Assembly (NCBI GenBank): GCA_035573895.1
Contig: DATLZR010000105.1
Coordinates: forward strand, 4,779 to 68,778
DNA length: 64,000 nt
Reading direction: 5' to 3'
Source: Blastocatellia bacterium
GTDB lineage: Bacteria; Acidobacteriota; Blastocatellia; HR10
The translations under genes and the position numbers were made by a program. The notes under the pieces were generated by a model that was not told the DNA's origin, searched no databases, and saw only the letters and a list, made by a program, of their open reading frames with translations. Positions 29,673 through 39,603 of the stretch are shown piece after piece (the first letter of the stretch is position 1; every line of letters starts with the position of its first letter).

Positions 29673-31159
29673 TGCCTACGGCCATTGTTGAGGAGGATCG
29701 TCTCGTTGCTCTTGACGTGACCAGGACCTCTCGGCTCGGGAGCCAGAGGGACCAGAGGCATCCTTCTGTTGGGGTTGTTCAGGCATTGGAGTCCTTCATC
29801 TTCTGGGGTCTCACGCTCATGGTCTGCAGTGCACCCTGGCTTTACGGCGGGCAGAGTCCCTACGTTCTCGGATGGCTCACGGTTGGACTGGCAGCACTCG
29901 GCCTGCTTTGGTCGGTGAAGAGTGCTCTGGAAGGAGCGATTCGTCTGCTATGGTCGCCGATTCATACGCTGTTTGGTGCCTTTGTGATCCTCGGCGTGGT
30001 TCAGGGGTTGCCGCTCCCCATGGCCATTCGCTCGATCGGGACGGAGACCGATCTGCTCGGCGTGGGGAGTGCATCCTGGAAGTGGATCACGATGAATCCT
30101 CAAGCGACGGGCGAGATCGTATGGCGGCTGATCGTGCTCTTCGCCTACTTCCTCCTGGTGACGGCAGTTATGCGAACGCGACGACAGGTCAGGGCTCTCA
30201 TGTGGGTTCTCATCATTAGCGGCTGCGCCATCTCGGTCGTCGCTCTCATGAATCGCGTTGCACCGGAAAAGGCGCTTCTCTGGCGTTTCGACGGGGAATC
30301 GCTCGCTTTCGGTCCGTTTGCCAATCGTGCGCATTTTGCTGCGTTCATCGAGCTGGTGATGCCGTTCGCTGTTGCCTTTCTGGCGGCTTCGCCTCGCCGC
30401 CGCGACTTCTGGCCGATCGTCGGCGTCGCCGTGCTCCTGATGAGCGTAGCGGTCGTGCTTTCGGCTTCGCGGGCCGGTGTTGTGTTGATTGTGCTCGAGG
30501 TACTCGTCCTCATTGTCCTTAGTGGAAGGAAGCGAGTCCGCTGGCTCGTGATAGGCCTTGGGCTGGCGCTGGGCGTTGCCGGTGTCGTCTGGCTTACCAC
30601 CGAAGGGGCCTTTGAGCGGATTCTTCGCCGGTTTACCGAGGAGACTCTGGTCTTCAGTCCGGGGTCGCCGACGACCCGACTGACGATCTGGAGCACGACA
30701 CTGACGATGATTGCCGATCAACCTCTTTTAGGAGTTGGGCTGGGCGCCTTCGACGTGGCCTATCCTCGTTACGACGCGGGGAATGGCCTTCAATTGACCG
30801 CCCATGCCCATAACGAATTCCTTCATGTGGTGAGCGAAACGGGTGTGGTGGGAGGACTGATGAGCCTTCTCTTTCTCCTGTCCGGCGTTCGGATAGGTCG
30901 TCGTGCACTGCGACAGGCGGATGCCGAACTTCGGCCTCCGGCCTTCGCTGCTGCTGTTGGCTGCGGGGCACTCGCAATCCACAGCCTCGTAGATGTTCCG
31001 CTTCACGTTATGGCCAATGCCTTGGCCTTTTTGAGCGCGATGGCTGTACTGCTTGTGATCGAGAGGATGAGCGCGGTCTCGCGCCCCTCTCTGAGCGCGA
31101 GCGCCCCAAACCACCCGGCAGCGCTCGCCCGTCAGGAGGTATCGCACGCGGACTTATGA
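29669..31159 (+). CDS. O-antigen ligase / Wzy-like polymerase family membrane protein (copy 1)
   Basis: ~10-12 predicted TM helices with a large periplasmic loop. Wzy_C-like core (…SASRAGVVLIVLEVLVLIV…). GTGATG start overlaps the upstream stop. Confidence 0.65.
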   Translation: MMPTAIVEEDRLVALDVTRTSRLGSQRDQRHPSVGVVQALESFIFWGLTLMVCSAPWLYGGQSPYVLGWLTVGLAALGLLWSVKSALEGAIRLLWSPIHTLFGAFVILGVVQGLPLPMAIRSIGTETDLLGVGSASWKWITMNPQATGEIVWRLIVLFAYFLLVTAVMRTRRQVRALMWVLIISGCAISVVALMNRVAPEKALLWRFDGESLAFGPFANRAHFAAFIELVMPFAVAFLAASPRRRDFWPIVGVAVLLMSVAVVLSASRAGVVLIVLEVLVLIVLSGRKRVRWLVIGLGLALGVAGVVWLTTEGAFERILRRFTEETLVFSPGSPTTRLTIWSTTLTMIADQPLLGVGLGAFDVAYPRYDAGNGLQLTAHAHNEFLHVVSETGVVGGLMSLLFLLSGVRIGRRALRQADAELRPPAFAAAVGCGALAIHSLVDVPLHVMANALAFLSAMAVLLVIERMSAVSRPSLSASAPNHPAALARQEVSHADL

Positions 31160-31201
31160 TGTCGCCGGTCAGTGGCCGGCGTTTGCACACGAGGAACAAA
31201 C

Positions 31202-31693
31202 ATGATGTCCTGGTACGCCATTCACACGAAGCCCCGACAGGAGGACGTCGTGGAAAGAAATCTCCAGCGTTGGGGCCTCGTTACCTTCAATCCCAAACTG
31301 GAGAAGGTCCGTTACCTCGCTGGGAAGCGACGGTCACACGTGGGACCATTGTTCCCTGGCTACATTTTCTCCCGATTCGATCCTGCCGTCTCGCTCCGGC
31401 TCGTCCGGTATGCGCACGGCGTCCGCGATGTCGTCCGATCGGGCGGTGAGCCCGTTCCCGTAGCGGATGAGATCATTGAGCTGATTGCCGCGCGGATGTG
31501 CGAAGGGTACGTTCGCATCGAACCGCAGTTTCGCCCGGGGGACCGCGTGCGTATCGAGAGTGGTCCGCTCAGCGGCCTGACGGGTATTTTCGAGCGGGAG
31601 ATGAGCGATCGGCAGCGCGTCATGATCCTGCTCGCGGCCATTGAATATCACGCTCGCGTCATCGTCGAGAAGTCGTGTTTGAGGAAATTATGA
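31202..31693 (+). CDS. NusG-family specialised paralog (RfaH/UpxY/LoaP-like transcription antiterminator)
   Basis: ~164 aa. NGN domain MMSWYAIHTKPRQE... and KOW motif FRPGDRVRIESGPLSGLTGIF. Embedded mid-locus in the polysaccharide cluster. GAGGA RBS 6 nt before the ATG. Confidence 0.75.
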   Translation: MMSWYAIHTKPRQEDVVERNLQRWGLVTFNPKLEKVRYLAGKRRSHVGPLFPGYIFSRFDPAVSLRLVRYAHGVRDVVRSGGEPVPVADEIIELIAARMCEGYVRIEPQFRPGDRVRIESGPLSGLTGIFEREMSDRQRVMILLAAIEYHARVIVEKSCLRKL

Positions 31694-31858
31694 GCTAGAG
31701 GCCAGGAGTCAGAAGCCGAAGGCTCACCTTCCGGCTCCTCGATCTGACTCCCGGCCTCTTTTCCAGCGCGTCGCGCTGATGAAAACCGGAAGGAATATCG
31801 TTGGGGGCAGGTGGCGCACCTGATGGGCGGCAGCCTGCCTTGAGGGGGAACGAAGAAG

Positions 31859-32803
31859 ATGGCTTTCTTTCTCGTGACGGGTGGAGCCGGGTTCATCGGC
31901 TCGCATCTTGTTCATCGCCTCGTCGGCGAGGGCCACCGGGTCAGAGTCCTCGACAATCTCTCGGAGGGACGACGAGAAAATCTCGCTGATGTGATGGATG
32001 CCATCGAATTCATCCTCGGCGATCTCCGCGATCGCGCCGTCGTGCGCCGGGCGGTCACCGGTGTGGAATACGTGTTGCATCAAGCTGCCTTGCGGTCTGT
32101 GCCTCGGTCGGTGGCCGATCCTTTCGCCACGCACGATGTCAATGTGACGGGCACTCTCACGCTTCTTCTGGCGGCGCGGGATGCGGGCGTGCGTCGTGTG
32201 GTTTTCGCCTCGTCCTCTTCGGTCTACGGATCGGCGGCAGAGCTTCCGCTTCGGGAGAGTCAGATGCCTCAACCCATTTCTCCCTATGCAGCCTCAAAGG
32301 TTGCCGGAGAGTTTTACTGCGCGGTGTTCACGTCGCTCTATCAGGTGGAGACCGTGTGCCTGCGCTACTTCAACGTTTTCGGCCCTCGACAGGACCCCAC
32401 ATCGGAGTACGCAGCGGTGATTCCTCGATTCGTCATGGCGGCTCTCACGGGCGCTCCCCTGGAGATTCATGGCGATGGGCTGCAATCGAGGGATTTCACT
32501 TACATTGACAATGTGGTGGAGGCGAATCTTCTGGCCGCCACAACGCCGGGGATTGCCGGCGAGGTTTTCAATGTCGGCGGAGGCGAACGCTATTCGGTAC
32601 TGGAGATCAAGGCGCATCTCGAAGAAATTCTCGGCACACCTTTGGCGGCCTATCACACACCGGCGAGAGCCGGCGATGTCCGTCACACGCAGGCCGACTT
32701 GACCAAAGCGGCCGAACGGCTGGGCTATCGCCCGACGATTTCCTTCCGTGAGGGATTGAGGAGAACGGTCGAGTCTATTCGTGTTGCGCTCGGCCCCAGG
32801 TAA
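31859..32803 (+). CDS. NAD-dependent sugar-nucleotide epimerase/dehydratase (GalE/WbpP-like SDR)
   Basis: TGGAGFIGSHLVHRL Rossmann motif. YAASK catalytic Tyr-x3-Lys. 314 aa. Confidence 0.85.
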   Translation: MAFFLVTGGAGFIGSHLVHRLVGEGHRVRVLDNLSEGRRENLADVMDAIEFILGDLRDRAVVRRAVTGVEYVLHQAALRSVPRSVADPFATHDVNVTGTLTLLLAARDAGVRRVVFASSSSVYGSAAELPLRESQMPQPISPYAASKVAGEFYCAVFTSLYQVETVCLRYFNVFGPRQDPTSEYAAVIPRFVMAALTGAPLEIHGDGLQSRDFTYIDNVVEANLLAATTPGIAGEVFNVGGGERYSVLEIKAHLEEILGTPLAAYHTPARAGDVRHTQADLTKAAERLGYRPTISFREGLRRTVESIRVALGPR

Positions 32804-32885
32804 TGGGGTGAGTATCAAACGAAATGAAAGCGTTCTGTTCGATTCGCAGGGGCGAGGCATACGCCGACACCACTTGATTATCTTC

Positions 32886-34343
32886 ATGCCGAAGAAGATC
32901 ACGGAAAAGACGATGAAAGGCGTCGTAGCCCTGACGGCGACACAGGGAGCCGTGCTGGCCCTTACCCTGGGAACGAACATCGTACTGGCCAGGTTGCTCG
33001 AGCCCGGCGACGTCGGAATTTACGCCCTGCTCAACATCGTCGTTTTGGCGGCCTACTTCTTTACCGATTTCGGGTTAGCGGGAACACTGATTCAGCGACC
33101 CGAAGAGCCGTGTCGGCGAGAGCTGCGAACTGTGTTCACGGTTCAAATGGTCCTGGCCCTCGCTCTGACGTGCGGCCTTGTGATGCTTGGCCCGACGGTG
33201 CGCCATTTCTACCGGCTTGATGAGGGAATCGGTCCGGCGCTCCCCGTACTCAGCCTCATTCTCCTGGCGACACCGTTCGAATCGGTTTCCGGTGTCGTCT
33301 TGGAACGGAGGTTGAACTATTCGGCGGTGGGAGTCATTCATCTGCTTGGAGGAATCAGTTATGCCGGGACGTCCATTAGCTTGGCCGTGACGGGAGCGGG
33401 CGTGTGGAGCTTGATCGGGGGAAACGTGGCATCGAGTCTCACCCGGGCGCTCGTCGCCGTGACGCTCTCCCGGTGGCCGATAGGTGTGGCGCTTGAGGGG
33501 CGATTTCTCCGCGAGTCCTTGTCATCGGGGATCTCCTATCAACTGGGCGGTATTTTGCCTCTCGTTCGGGACAACGCGCCGCTGTTGATGGCAGGGGTGC
33601 TGTTCGGCCCGATTCCGGTGGGATATGTGGCCTGGGCGCGAACGCTGACGTATGGTCTGACGAATGTCTTCGCTCATGCCTGGGCGCGCGTGGGCTATAG
33701 TGCGACGGCGCGTCTGTGTCAGGAACGGCAACAGCAATCGGTCTTGATCGAGAAGATGACGCTCACTCTGACGCTGGTGATCCTCCCGCTCAGTATTCTG
33801 CTGATCGGTCTGCGGCGACCGATGATCTCGGTGATCTTCGGTGATAAATGGTTGCCGGCCCTGCCGGCGGTCGTTCTCTTTGGTATGCGCATGATTGGGG
33901 CCAGTCTGGCTACGCTTTTTGTTGCGGCGCTTAACGGGAATGGACATTTTCCTCTGGGAGCCCGAATCCTCTCCATCTGGACGTTGCTCGAAGTACTCGT
34001 TTCCACGCCACTCATTCTCATGTTTGGCGGAATCGGAGTCGCTATAGGTGCGGCGGCGACAGTTTGGGTGGCCGTCGTATGGATGATCCGCGCCCTTCAA
34101 AAGATAAGCTGTCCCGGTATTGTGAAAGCCGTGACTAAACCCACTGTGGCTGCTCTCATCACCAGCCTTTTCCTCGAGGTGATGAGCAGCTATGTCACCG
34201 GAGTGATCTCGCTCGCAGTCATCGGCCTGAGCGGACTTGCTGTTTACCTGGTGGTCATTGTCCTCACCATCCCGGAGATCTCGGCGAGCGCCGTCAGGCA
34301 TGCGGCAGGGTTACGGCAGCGCTTCGTGGTAGGAGAGCTATGA
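32886..34343 (+). CDS. Wzx-like polysaccharide flippase (MOP/oligosaccharidyl-lipid flippase family)
   Basis: ~12-14 TM helices across ~485 aa. Start chosen at the ATG at 32886, the first after the upstream stop; 32913 is an alternative start. Confidence 0.7.
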   Translation: MPKKITEKTMKGVVALTATQGAVLALTLGTNIVLARLLEPGDVGIYALLNIVVLAAYFFTDFGLAGTLIQRPEEPCRRELRTVFTVQMVLALALTCGLVMLGPTVRHFYRLDEGIGPALPVLSLILLATPFESVSGVVLERRLNYSAVGVIHLLGGISYAGTSISLAVTGAGVWSLIGGNVASSLTRALVAVTLSRWPIGVALEGRFLRESLSSGISYQLGGILPLVRDNAPLLMAGVLFGPIPVGYVAWARTLTYGLTNVFAHAWARVGYSATARLCQERQQQSVLIEKMTLTLTLVILPLSILLIGLRRPMISVIFGDKWLPALPAVVLFGMRMIGASLATLFVAALNGNGHFPLGARILSIWTLLEVLVSTPLILMFGGIGVAIGAAATVWVAVVWMIRALQKISCPGIVKAVTKPTVAALITSLFLEVMSSYVTGVISLAVIGLSGLAVYLVVIVLTIPEISASAVRHAAGLRQRFVVGEL

Positions 34344-34347
34344 AGCT

Positions 34348-35460
34348 ATGAAGGACGATCGTTGGGGACCATCCGATGGTGCTCCTGATGTGGGATGGCG
34401 CGACCTGTATCCTTCCGGAGCGGCTCCGTCGTTTGCTATCGCCGTTCTGGTTCCGACATATCGGCGACCGGAGTATCTGTCCCGCTGTTTGCAATCACTG
34501 ATGGAGCAAACGAGGCCCCCCAGGGAAGTGATTGTGATTGTGCGCGATACTGATCGGGAGTCTCACGAAGTCGTGCGAAGGTTTCAGGTAGGATCGGCAA
34601 CAGTGTGCGTAACAATGGTTCCCGTCACGCAGCCGGGACCCCTTGCCGCCATCAAACGAGGTTTCGCAGCAGTTGCCGGAAGAGGCGACATTGACCTGGT
34701 TCTGGTCATTGATGACGATGCTGAGGCAGAACCGGACTGGGTCGAAAGGATAAGCCGTCATTTCCTTGACCCGTCGGTGGGGGCTGTGGGAGGACCAACA
34801 CCCAACTTCATCGGGGGAGGATCAGGCGAACTGCCGCCAGCCACCGTGGTCGGGTACATTTCCTGGTACGGCAGGCATATCGGCAACATGTACCGATCTC
34901 CCTCTTTCACCGACGTGCGCCCGGTGCAGAGTTTCATGGGAGGCAATGTAGCGTTTCGACGAACCGTGCTCGATTGCCTCGAGGTGGAGATGCGGTTGAT
35001 CGGCAGTGCCGTCGCCTATGAGGTTGACCTGGCCTTCCAGGTGATCGGGAAAGGGTATCAGGTTCTCTTCGACCCACTCGCGCGAGTTCGCCACCATGAA
35101 GTACCCCGTCCGCCTGACGTCGAGTCGCGGGAGGATGTCGCGCGAAAAATCTACTCCTACAGCCACAACCACACCTACGTGATGATGAAGCATCTGCATC
35201 TGTGGAGAAAGCTCGCCTTTCTCGTCTATTTTTTCCTTCGGGGCGAGCGGGGTTCCTGGGGCCTGGTGACGGCTCTTGGCGAGACGATACTGCGGCGGCG
35301 AGTATCCCACTGGCGACATGTCCCGCTGGCCTATCGGGGCAAGATCGCGGGCCTGAGAGCCTATCTGGACTACCGAAAGGAGCAAAGATCGCGCCTGTGC
35401 CGGGAGGCCACTCGACCAAACGGAGGTGATCCGGTCGGGAATCCGATCAGCATAGCATAA
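34348..35460 (+). CDS. Glycosyltransferase family 2
   Basis: IAVLVPTYRRPEYLSRCLQSL... and DxD region (VLVIDDDAEAEP) typical of GT-A/GT2. Confidence 0.8.
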   Translation: MKDDRWGPSDGAPDVGWRDLYPSGAAPSFAIAVLVPTYRRPEYLSRCLQSLMEQTRPPREVIVIVRDTDRESHEVVRRFQVGSATVCVTMVPVTQPGPLAAIKRGFAAVAGRGDIDLVLVIDDDAEAEPDWVERISRHFLDPSVGAVGGPTPNFIGGGSGELPPATVVGYISWYGRHIGNMYRSPSFTDVRPVQSFMGGNVAFRRTVLDCLEVEMRLIGSAVAYEVDLAFQVIGKGYQVLFDPLARVRHHEVPRPPDVESREDVARKIYSYSHNHTYVMMKHLHLWRKLAFLVYFFLRGERGSWGLVTALGETILRRRVSHWRHVPLAYRGKIAGLRAYLDYRKEQRSRLCREATRPNGGDPVGNPISIA

Positions 35461-35483
35461 GGTGCACATTCGAGAGTGTCGCC

Positions 35484-37205
35484 ATGCAGCGTATCGCTCA
35501 TCTCCAGCACAGTTTTCAGATGAGATCCTCCGTGAGCGCCATAGCCCTGGCGCTCTCGATAGGATACGGCCTGGCGTCGTTGCTCACTATGGCCAACTGG
35601 CGCTGGATACTCATCGGCGGCGTCTTTATCGTTACTCTGGTGGTTGGGTTGCAGATTCTCCGTGACTGGCGACGGGGGATCACGGCATTCTTTCTCTGGA
35701 TCGTGGTAGAAGACCTCATACGAAAATACATGGGCAACCAGATCATCCTCTATGCCGCTAAGGACCTGCTCATCGTCATGACCTATGCCAGCTTTCTTCT
35801 ATGGCGGAGAAGGTCGGCGAGCACAGGAGGATGGCAGAATCCCGTCGAGGTTCCCCTGCTGGTGTGCCTGGGCGTGGCCATCGTGAATTGTTTCAACACG
35901 GAGATTGATCACCCGCTGGTTCCCCTTGTCGGGTTGCGGATGAATTTCTTCTACCTCCCGCTTCTGGTCCTCGGCTATGTTTATTTTGACTCGGATGCGC
36001 GAGTCCGCCGATTCCTTTTGCTGTCGCTCGTCGCGGGAGGAGTGGTCGCGCTGCTGGGCCTTGCGCAGTCGCTTGTTGGACTTGGGTTCCTCAATCCGGG
36101 CGGATTTGTCCCTGGCTTACGCCTGGAACTCATTCGCGTGACCCCCGAAAGTCAGTTGTTGATTCCTCGCCCGAACTCGGTCTTTGTGGATGCCGGACGG
36201 TTCTCTCAGTACCTGTTTGTGCTCTTCTATTTGGGTCTGGGGGCGATCTGTTACTGGCATCGGTGTGATACCGGGCGCAATTCAGCGGGTGCGGATGCCT
36301 GGTCGGAGAACCGCTGGCCCGAGGGTCAGAGGCGATTCCCCTGGGAAATGCCTCGTCCCCCACGCTGGCCTCGATGGACGAAGGTGAGGCAATCGGCCTA
36401 CCACACTTTTTTCCGTGGCGGCATCTTCGTCTGGGTTTGCTTCGGTCTCATCGTGGCGGGCCTTTTTGTTAGCGCGCAACGGGCCGTCATCGTTCTCCTC
36501 GGCCTATCGTTTGTTGTGATCGTGGTGATTGCCTGGTTGGAAAGGCTCCGCTCCTGGGTCAATCGCGGCAAAAGCAGTCGTTTTCCCCTGGCGAAGACAG
36601 CAATCTGCGCCATGGGTGTGATCGGTTGCTACAGTCTCATTCGTTGGGATCATCTCGTGGCCGTTTATCGGTTCTGCCTCGAAACGCTCTCGCCACTGGC
36701 GCGCGAAACGGAGCTGACCTGGCGTCCCTATGTCTACTGGCAGGACATCCTCAAGGCTGTGCGACAATCGGGAGTCGTCGGTCATGGGACGGGGACGGCG
36801 TCGCTCGGCTTGCAGTACGTTTACGACCTCGATTACATGTACGCGGATCAGATCTACCCCTACGCCATTGAGGGTGGCTATGCGTCGGTGATCTGGGAAG
36901 CTGGACTCCTCGGACTGGCCGTCTGGTTGTGGTGGACGACACGGCTTGTGATCGCTGGCGTGCAAACGACGCGCTTGCTTCGGGGATCGCGGTTCCACTG
37001 GCTCGGGATCTCGCTTTCGATCTTCATCTTTTGCTTCCTCTTCCCCTACTTTTTCCTGGGCATGCAGGTTTATCAAAACTACGTCACCAATGCCTATCAC
37101 TGGTTTCTCTGCGGGTTGTTATTCCGCTTGCCCGCACTGATCGGGCAAGCCAAATCGTGCCACGATGCCGGTGAAGTGCGACGACCTCTCGGTGCAGGGA
37201 ACTGA
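35484..37205 (+). CDS. Wzy/O-antigen-ligase-like polytopic membrane protein (copy 2)
   Basis: 573 aa with >=10 TM helices and a large loop. Resembles O-antigen polymerase/ligase topology, but there is no sequence-level proof. Confidence 0.55.
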   Translation: MQRIAHLQHSFQMRSSVSAIALALSIGYGLASLLTMANWRWILIGGVFIVTLVVGLQILRDWRRGITAFFLWIVVEDLIRKYMGNQIILYAAKDLLIVMTYASFLLWRRRSASTGGWQNPVEVPLLVCLGVAIVNCFNTEIDHPLVPLVGLRMNFFYLPLLVLGYVYFDSDARVRRFLLLSLVAGGVVALLGLAQSLVGLGFLNPGGFVPGLRLELIRVTPESQLLIPRPNSVFVDAGRFSQYLFVLFYLGLGAICYWHRCDTGRNSAGADAWSENRWPEGQRRFPWEMPRPPRWPRWTKVRQSAYHTFFRGGIFVWVCFGLIVAGLFVSAQRAVIVLLGLSFVVIVVIAWLERLRSWVNRGKSSRFPLAKTAICAMGVIGCYSLIRWDHLVAVYRFCLETLSPLARETELTWRPYVYWQDILKAVRQSGVVGHGTGTASLGLQYVYDLDYMYADQIYPYAIEGGYASVIWEAGLLGLAVWLWWTTRLVIAGVQTTRLLRGSRFHWLGISLSIFIFCFLFPYFFLGMQVYQNYVTNAYHWFLCGLLFRLPALIGQAKSCHDAGEVRRPLGAGN

Positions 37206-37219
37206 TTTCTGGTTTCGGT

Positions 37220-38347
37220 ATGACGAATGGCAAACGGCGCTGTCTCGTGTTGACCAGCGAACTCAACACCTGCGGTGGCATTCAGCGATATACCCGTCAT
37301 TTGATTCGCTGCCTGAGGGAGATCTACGGAACCGATGCAGTTCGGTCGGTTTCGCTCCTCGCCCGGTCACCGAGGAATGGGTGCGCGACGACGCCAACAC
37401 TCCTGGATAAGATGGCGTTCAGTTTTCAAAGCCTGCACGAGGCCATTCGCTGGAGACCACAGGCGATCGTCTGCAATCACATCGGGTTGGCTCCCGTCGC
37501 GATCGCGTTGAAGAGGATGATGAAGGTGCCTTACGTTGTGCTCACCCATGGCGATGACGTGTGGCGTCCCGTCTCTCGCTGCCAATGGGAACAGGCAGCG
37601 ATGCTTGTTTCCGTGAGCCAGTACACAGCCCGCTTTCTTTGCGAGCGACGCGGGGTGGAAGTGGAGAAAGTTTGGATTATTCCGGCAGCGCTGGACCCTG
37701 AGCTGATTGCCTCTCCGGTTACGGAGGAGGACGTCGTCGCGCGCCACCGGCTCGCAGGCAAGCGCGTGCTCCTGACGGTGAGCCGGCTTGACAGTCAGAG
37801 TCGCTACAAAGGCCATGAACAGGTCTTCCGTGCCCTGGCGAAGATTCGACGGCACCTCCCCCCCTGCGTTTATCTGGTCGTCGGCACCGGCAATGATCGG
37901 ACGTATCTGGAAAGACGCGCTGCCGAGTTCGGCCTCGGGGACATTGTGGTTTTTACCGGTGCGGTGGAGGATAACCTGCTCCCGGCCTACTATCGGGCAT
38001 GTGATGTCTTTATCATGCCGAGCCTCACCGATTGCGAAAAGATGGTCGGCGAAGGATTCGGCATCGCCTATATTGAGGCAGCGGCCTTCGGCCGTCCGGC
38101 GATTGCCGGACGCGGAGGCGGCGCGACTGAGGCCGTTCTCGACGGCGTGACCGGGCTTTTGGTCGATCCTCAGAGCGTGGATGAGATCGCGCAGGCCATT
38201 CTCACACTCCTCACAAACGATGACCTTCGTCAGCGTCTGGGCGAACAGGCGCGGGCGCGGGCTCAGCGCGAGTTCACCTTTGATCGCTTCCGGCAACAGG
38301 TGGCCGACTTGTTTACCGTCCTTTTCGCGGAAGGCAGCGGCGCATGA
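37220..38347 (+). CDS. Glycosyltransferase family 4
   Basis: GT-B fold. C-terminal EGFGIAYIEAAAFGRPAIAG motif. Confidence 0.8.
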   Translation: MTNGKRRCLVLTSELNTCGGIQRYTRHLIRCLREIYGTDAVRSVSLLARSPRNGCATTPTLLDKMAFSFQSLHEAIRWRPQAIVCNHIGLAPVAIALKRMMKVPYVVLTHGDDVWRPVSRCQWEQAAMLVSVSQYTARFLCERRGVEVEKVWIIPAALDPELIASPVTEEDVVARHRLAGKRVLLTVSRLDSQSRYKGHEQVFRALAKIRRHLPPCVYLVVGTGNDRTYLERRAAEFGLGDIVVFTGAVEDNLLPAYYRACDVFIMPSLTDCEKMVGEGFGIAYIEAAAFGRPAIAGRGGGATEAVLDGVTGLLVDPQSVDEIAQAILTLLTNDDLRQRLGEQARARAQREFTFDRFRQQVADLFTVLFAEGSGA

Positions 38348-39603
38348 GGATTTTGAAAGTCGTCCGGGTCTTTTACCCTGCCGTGACGTGCGGCGGCCTG
38401 GCGCTCACAAGCTATGACATTGCACGGCTGCTTGCGCGACGCGGTCATGACGTGACGGTCTTCAGTTCCGATATTCTTGATCGCCATCGCACACTATTCG
38501 GTCACACCGTTGAGGATGAGGTTGACGGTGTGCGCGTGATTTATTTTCACACGGTCCTACGCTATCGCTGGGATGGACTTCAACCTGATCTCTGCGACTA
38601 TCTCGATCGGGTGAGGGAATTCGACCTCATCCATGTCTACGGGTATCGGGATTTTCTCTCGACGCTTGTTTGCAGTTTCGCTCGTCGTGCCGGAGTACCT
38701 TATGTGATCGAGCCGATGGGCATGCTCCGGCCTATCTGTCGGAGCCTGCGGAAGAAGAAAGTCTACGACCGCCTCTTTGGACGGCGCTTGGTGGCGGGGG
38801 CGCGACGGGTGATCGTTACCTCGGAACAGGAACGGCAGGAAGCGCTCGCCTGGGGTGTTTTGCCCGATCAGCTCGTCGTCCGGCGCAACGGCCTTGATCT
38901 CTCGGAGTTCGAGAAGTTGCCGGAACCCGGCGCGTTTCGGCGTCGGCTGGGCCTGAGAGCGACCGACCGCCTCGTCCTGTATCTCGGACGCATCAGCCGA
39001 AAGAAAAACGTTCCTCTTCTCGTTGATGCCTTCGCCGATCTGGGAATGCACGGGACGATTCTCGCCATCGTCGGTCCGGACGATGGCGATGGCAGTCGCG
39101 AGGACGTCCTGGAAGCAATCGAGCGCCGGCGGCTCAACGGATCAGTGGTGCTCGTGGGGCCTCTGGTGGGGACGGAGCGGCTGGCCGCATATGTGGATGC
39201 GCATGTTTTTGTTCTGGTGTCGGAAAGTGAGAACTTCGGCAATGCAGTGGCGGAAGCCATCGCCTGTGGAACTCCGGTGATCATCTCCGAGCGCTGCGGC
39301 ATCGCCCCGTTGGTGTCGGGTCGAGCCGGACTGGTGATCCCCGTCGAACGAGCCGCGCTCACCGAGGCTCTCCGACATCTCCTCACCCGCGATGACGAAC
39401 GGCGAGAGATGGCCTGCCGCGCACGGCACCTGCGAGAAGAACTCTCCTGGGAGGAACCGATTACTCTTCTGGAGGATCTCTACGAGGGCATTGTTCGCGA
39501 CGATCGGTCCGCGACGTATCGGCGGAGTGCGGAATCATCTGCTGCCCCTTCAGCTCGAGGGGAAAATATCGCTCAGATGATCCTGCAGGGGGAAGCACCA
39601 TGA
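38344..39603 (+). CDS. Glycosyltransferase family 4
   Basis: GT4 signature ENFGNAVAEAIACGTPVII. ATGA overlap with the upstream GT. Confidence 0.8.
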   Translation: MRILKVVRVFYPAVTCGGLALTSYDIARLLARRGHDVTVFSSDILDRHRTLFGHTVEDEVDGVRVIYFHTVLRYRWDGLQPDLCDYLDRVREFDLIHVYGYRDFLSTLVCSFARRAGVPYVIEPMGMLRPICRSLRKKKVYDRLFGRRLVAGARRVIVTSEQERQEALAWGVLPDQLVVRRNGLDLSEFEKLPEPGAFRRRLGLRATDRLVLYLGRISRKKNVPLLVDAFADLGMHGTILAIVGPDDGDGSREDVLEAIERRRLNGSVVLVGPLVGTERLAAYVDAHVFVLVSESENFGNAVAEAIACGTPVIISERCGIAPLVSGRAGLVIPVERAALTEALRHLLTRDDERREMACRARHLREELSWEEPITLLEDLYEGIVRDDRSATYRRSAESSAAPSARGENIAQMILQGEAP

